DNA from: Entomortierella parvispora E1425
Lineage: Eukaryota; Fungi; Mortierellomycota
Assembly (NCBI GenBank): GCA_020891255.1
Contig: BQFW01000012.1
Location: 2,046,001-2,110,000, forward strand
Direction of reading: 5' to 3'
DNA length: 64,000 nt
In this document: positions 60,485 to 64,000 of the stretch, piece by piece
How positions within the stretch are numbered: position 1 is the stretch's first letter
Layout of the letters: each line of letters begins with the position of its first letter
Translations under genes and position numbers: made by a program
Notes under the pieces: model-generated
What the model saw: only the letters and a program-made list of their open reading frames with translations
Databases searched by the model: none
Told to the model about the DNA's origin: nothing

Positions 60485-63413
60485 CTATGTCGACCAGAAG
60501 TTCAAGAGCCAGATGATGCCAAAGAAAATGCCGACCTTCCATGTTGGCTGGGCCCACAGGGACTTGAAAGTCACAGGTACTGCATCGGAATCGCGTGAAT
60601 GGTCTCTTTCCCTGCTAGTGTCGTGGTTGTTGGTACTACTGCCATTGTTGTTGGACTCGATCAAAAGCGACACAGACTCTTGCTGTCGTGCCGACTGTTT
60701 GCTCTCGCCTTGCGTCGGCGACTTGTCGAGAGAATTACTCAAGTCAATGTCTCCTGATGATCCAGACTCGGATAGTTCGTTACTTGTGGCTGTCTCCAAG
60801 CGAAGGCTGGCGTCCATTAGCTTGTTCAGGGCATCCGGTCCAGGAGGTCCAACGGCTCCTGCAGAAATGGCAATGGGCGAGAGCATGACAGACTGTCGCT
60901 TGACAGGTACCGGCGTTCCTTGTGCCGACACTGGTCTTTGCCGTGGGGTGGTGTTGACTAGTGGAAGTGCTGGTGGAGGAGCGGGAAGGCCCTTGACTTT
61001 AGGTTCCCGTCCTGTAATCAGCCAATCCGTCAATTCTCCTGTGGCTCCACTGAGCTGGTTGGAAATGACGATGAAAAGAATTGTAGACAAAATCAGGTTG
61101 AAGCTCCATGATCCTGCGCCTTCGAGCCAAGGTGAAACCATCAGCAAACCCTTTGTATCCGCTGCAAGCCACATGTGGAATTGGCAAATAAACGTTTCAA
61201 GAGAACACCGGCCAATGTAGGCATAGAAGGTCGAAGTCGTGTTGCGTAGATCGGCTGTACTGTTGCGGAGGACCACAAAGCTGAGAATAGGGATCCAAGA
61301 GATGTAAGGGTGGTGAAGGTTGTACTCGCGCTTCTCCATCGTACTCTCAAAAAGGAAGAATCCGAGCAATCCAATAACTGACGAAATAATGGCGACCGTC
61401 CTGGCCTTTGCCCAGTGGGGATGAGCGGTAATCGACAGCTCCTGCGCCATGATGAAGCCGTAGGAAAAGAGTGAGCCCACAAATACGATCCAGACGTCAA
61501 GTTTCAGACGGAAACGCCATTCTGCTGCTGACCAAGTGATGCCAAAGAAGAACTTTAGGACTGCAAAGGTAGTGTCGAGAACAATAGGCGTATATATCAT
61601 TGACGCACTGAGAATGGCGGTGGCGACAATTTTCCCTATCATGAACACTGGCTTGTGGTTGTGAGTATGTCCCAAGTACATCATCCCGTAGATGACCAAG
61701 TAAAAGAACGAGACCAATGGCGCAAAGTAGTAGGAGATGTAGGTCGTGTCCATCGTGTACGCGAGCAGGACTGTAAGCAAGTTCAGTCTCGTCAGGATCA
61801 TGGCCACTCGCCGGAAGCCAAAATCAGCCTTTTTGTAGTAAAACACGAAATGGCCGAACCCAGTCATGAACAAGTAGCTAGCTACAAAAACACGGACAGG
61901 GTTGTAGATGACTGACACGCTCGACGCTCCCATGTAGTGATAGATCAGAATCGCAATCTGCATCCATCCTTTCCATTCGTCCGTTTGGTCCCTGCTCAAA
62001 AATGGCTGATCCTTCTCTGCTCTCTTCAACGTTGCGAGTCCAGCAACAAGACTGAGGAAGCAAAGGAACATAAAAGTGGGAGTCGAGTACGCCTTCCCGA
62101 TTTTGGCAAAAAGTGTCGTTCGATCCGAATAGTACATGTAGAGGATTGATCCTGCCATGACCGCCATTGCTCGCAAGACTCCAATGCCCGGGAAGAAAGC
62201 TGCGAGAGGGTGTTCATTATAACCTATAATGGCATCATATGTGAAGAGAAAGGGATGTGAGAATGACGTTTGGGTATACACCTGGCAATGGCGAGCATTG
62301 GCAGCATCCAGCAAGCAGACGTACGGGTTTGGACGATGAAGCCAATGGGGAGCCAGATCATGAGGAGCGCTAGCATCAAGCTTTGAACGCCGCTGTTCGC
62401 CGGGTATTCGTAGCAGCAGGTTGCTGCCATAGGAGCGACTTTAGGCAACTGGTTATTGCAGACAAAATTGAGCATAACATCAGCCTCGGCAGACATGACC
62501 CTCTCAGCAAAGTGAAGTCCATCCCTGGTGGCGTCCATTGCAGTCTCTGTCATCTTGTTCCAAACGAATGGTACGGTAACAACAGTATTCCGTGTAATGC
62601 TCTTCAAATAGATATTCATCTCCTCAATGTCCTTGAGTCGAAGCGTCTCATATCGAACATCGGATAGCTTGTCAGGGTTGACAGATTGAATTGAGGAGAT
62701 AAAGAGATGTTTTCCAGGTGACGCCGAATCGGGGTCGTTCATGACTTTGACAACATTGGCCATGGTCTTTTTCCACTCTTCCAGGCCTCCGGACCATTCT
62801 CGGTACCGAAGGAACCACATCCCACTTCCGACAAGGAAAATTGTTGGAGTCTGTGCAACTGGCGCATTTTGATATTGTCCAGAAAGCAGTTCTTGAGCAG
62901 TTGTCGTGTTCAAAACGGGATCCCAGTAGAATTCAAAGGTCGTTCCTGACGTTGGGTCCGTGTGAATGATGTTTGCGTGTTTATCCCGATCTGTGGCAAA
63001 GTCAGGGATGAATTTCTTGACAACCGAATAAAAGAGCTGGCGAACAACAGAGTCGCCGATCATGACAACCCTTGACTTGCCTAAGCAAGAGGTCGCAGAC
63101 GTGGGTTCATAGTTTTTCAACATGCATCCCTTGGGTTGCCACTGTGTCCGCTGGGTGTCAATCCAAGATCCTCCGTGGTTCAGGAGACTCTCGCAGTGGG
63201 TCTTGTCTGCTGGGTCTATTTTGACAAAGGTGAGGGGTTAGCGATTTGAGCGGTTAATCCCTTTTACCTCGGTGTTGTGCCTGTGCAGTGCCTGAGCTTA
63301 CCAACGATGGGCCTGACGGCAGCCAGAGCCAATAGAGCAGCAGCCAAGGCCCAGAATAGTGCCTGAATACCCTTCTGGTATGATGACGATGTGAAGGAAG
63401 GAGCTGCGTGCAT
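60485..63413 (-). CDS. CAS1: Cas1/CASD1-like O-acetyltransferase (SGNH-like lumenal domain plus multi-TM domain)
   Basis: Exons 63413-63302, 63215-62325, 62223-60485. WQPKGCMLKNY, MIGDSVVRQLF (GDS), RDGLHF (DxxH), FLSRDQTDEWKGWMQIAILIYHY, YLFMTGFGHF, YYFAPLVSF, EWRFRLKLD, GRCSLETFICQFHMWL. Confidence 0.93.
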
Positions 63414-63852
63414 GATTCTGATGACCTGAGACCGTTGTGCCCCAGATGGAGGAGTTGGCAAATGTCAAGTGATTTGTCCAGCTCAGCCCGAAGTTGGAGG
63501 GAGAGGACCTGAGGGCAGGAGGAAAGTAGGTGAGGATGCGCGGCAAATGACTGTGAGTGAGGGGAATGAGGATGAGGCTATGCCCTATGAATGGATGGGG
63601 GTTCAAGGGGAGAGCGATGCAAGGCGGGAATGGTGGATGAGAAAGGACAAAGGAAACAAAGAGAGAATGGAGAAGAAAGCGCGCCTGTCTGTGGGTGAAC
63701 GAGAAAGTGCTCTCAAGTCGTCCAAGTCCGGGTGGAGAAAAAACACAAAATTGCAGGGCCAGTTTCGCCCTTGCCCATGGCTGGCGGCTATTGTCCAGAT
63801 CTCCCTCGGAAGTGCTTTTCGGCACCTCCACTTGTCCCTTGCCCTTGATTGA

Positions 63853-64000
63853 CTAGCACCACTTCATCATAGAGTTGCGCCGTGGAGGACTGGCAAGAAC
63901 TTGTGGTGGTGGCGACGAGGTGAACCCTGCAAGTGCAGTTCTGGGTAAGATGGTCGATGATGAGATAGGGGCTTTCTTCAGGGCATCGGGGCCACGGCCC
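63853..64000 (-). CDS. Possible 3' end of a gene truncated by the window edge
   Basis: Open minus-strand frame GRGPDALKKAPISSSTILPRTALAGFTSSPPPQVLASPPRRNSMMKWC* (a second frame is also open, to 63788). No identifiable motif. Confidence 0.3.
   Translation of the reverse strand, partial: GRGPDALKKAPISSSTILPRTALAGFTSSPPPQVLASPPRRNSMMKWC

Overview
Gene-dense, intron-rich fungal genomic DNA. The gene set points to an early-diverging fungus, probably Mucoromycota/Mortierellaceae (inference from a Slo2-type K+ channel, a knuckle-bearing Yth1, velvet, Cas1 and intron style). I reconstructed spliced models by hand for 20 complete protein-coding genes, checking phases at the junctions: Boi/Pob1-like scaffold, C2H2 protein, small secreted protein, Sym1/Mpv17, PDA1, Reb1-like Myb, Vtc1-like, RPS5, DnaJC3-like, velvet, ODC, Ctp1/Sae2, Slo2-like channel, 4-TM protein, YTH1, NCLX-like exchanger, TRM6, POS5, SNF8, and an eIF4A-like pseudo-helicase; Cas1 makes 21. 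There is also one pseudogene and a possible gene end at the right edge. I found no rRNA, tRNA, CRISPR array or recognisable transposon. The best leads are: (1) a non-AUG, PPW-containing uORF in an 826-nt AUG-free ODC leader, which fits polyamine-sensing ribosome queuing; (2) an intact six-exon eIF4A paralog in which every ATPase/helicase motif is replaced; (3) a candidate poison cassette exon with hairpins in the RPS5 intron; (4) a small Cys-containing secreted protein absent from the ORF track; (5) a Slo2-like channel with no Ca2+ bowl; (6) a decayed tandem duplicate of the 4-TM gene. All homology calls are by eye; no searches were run.
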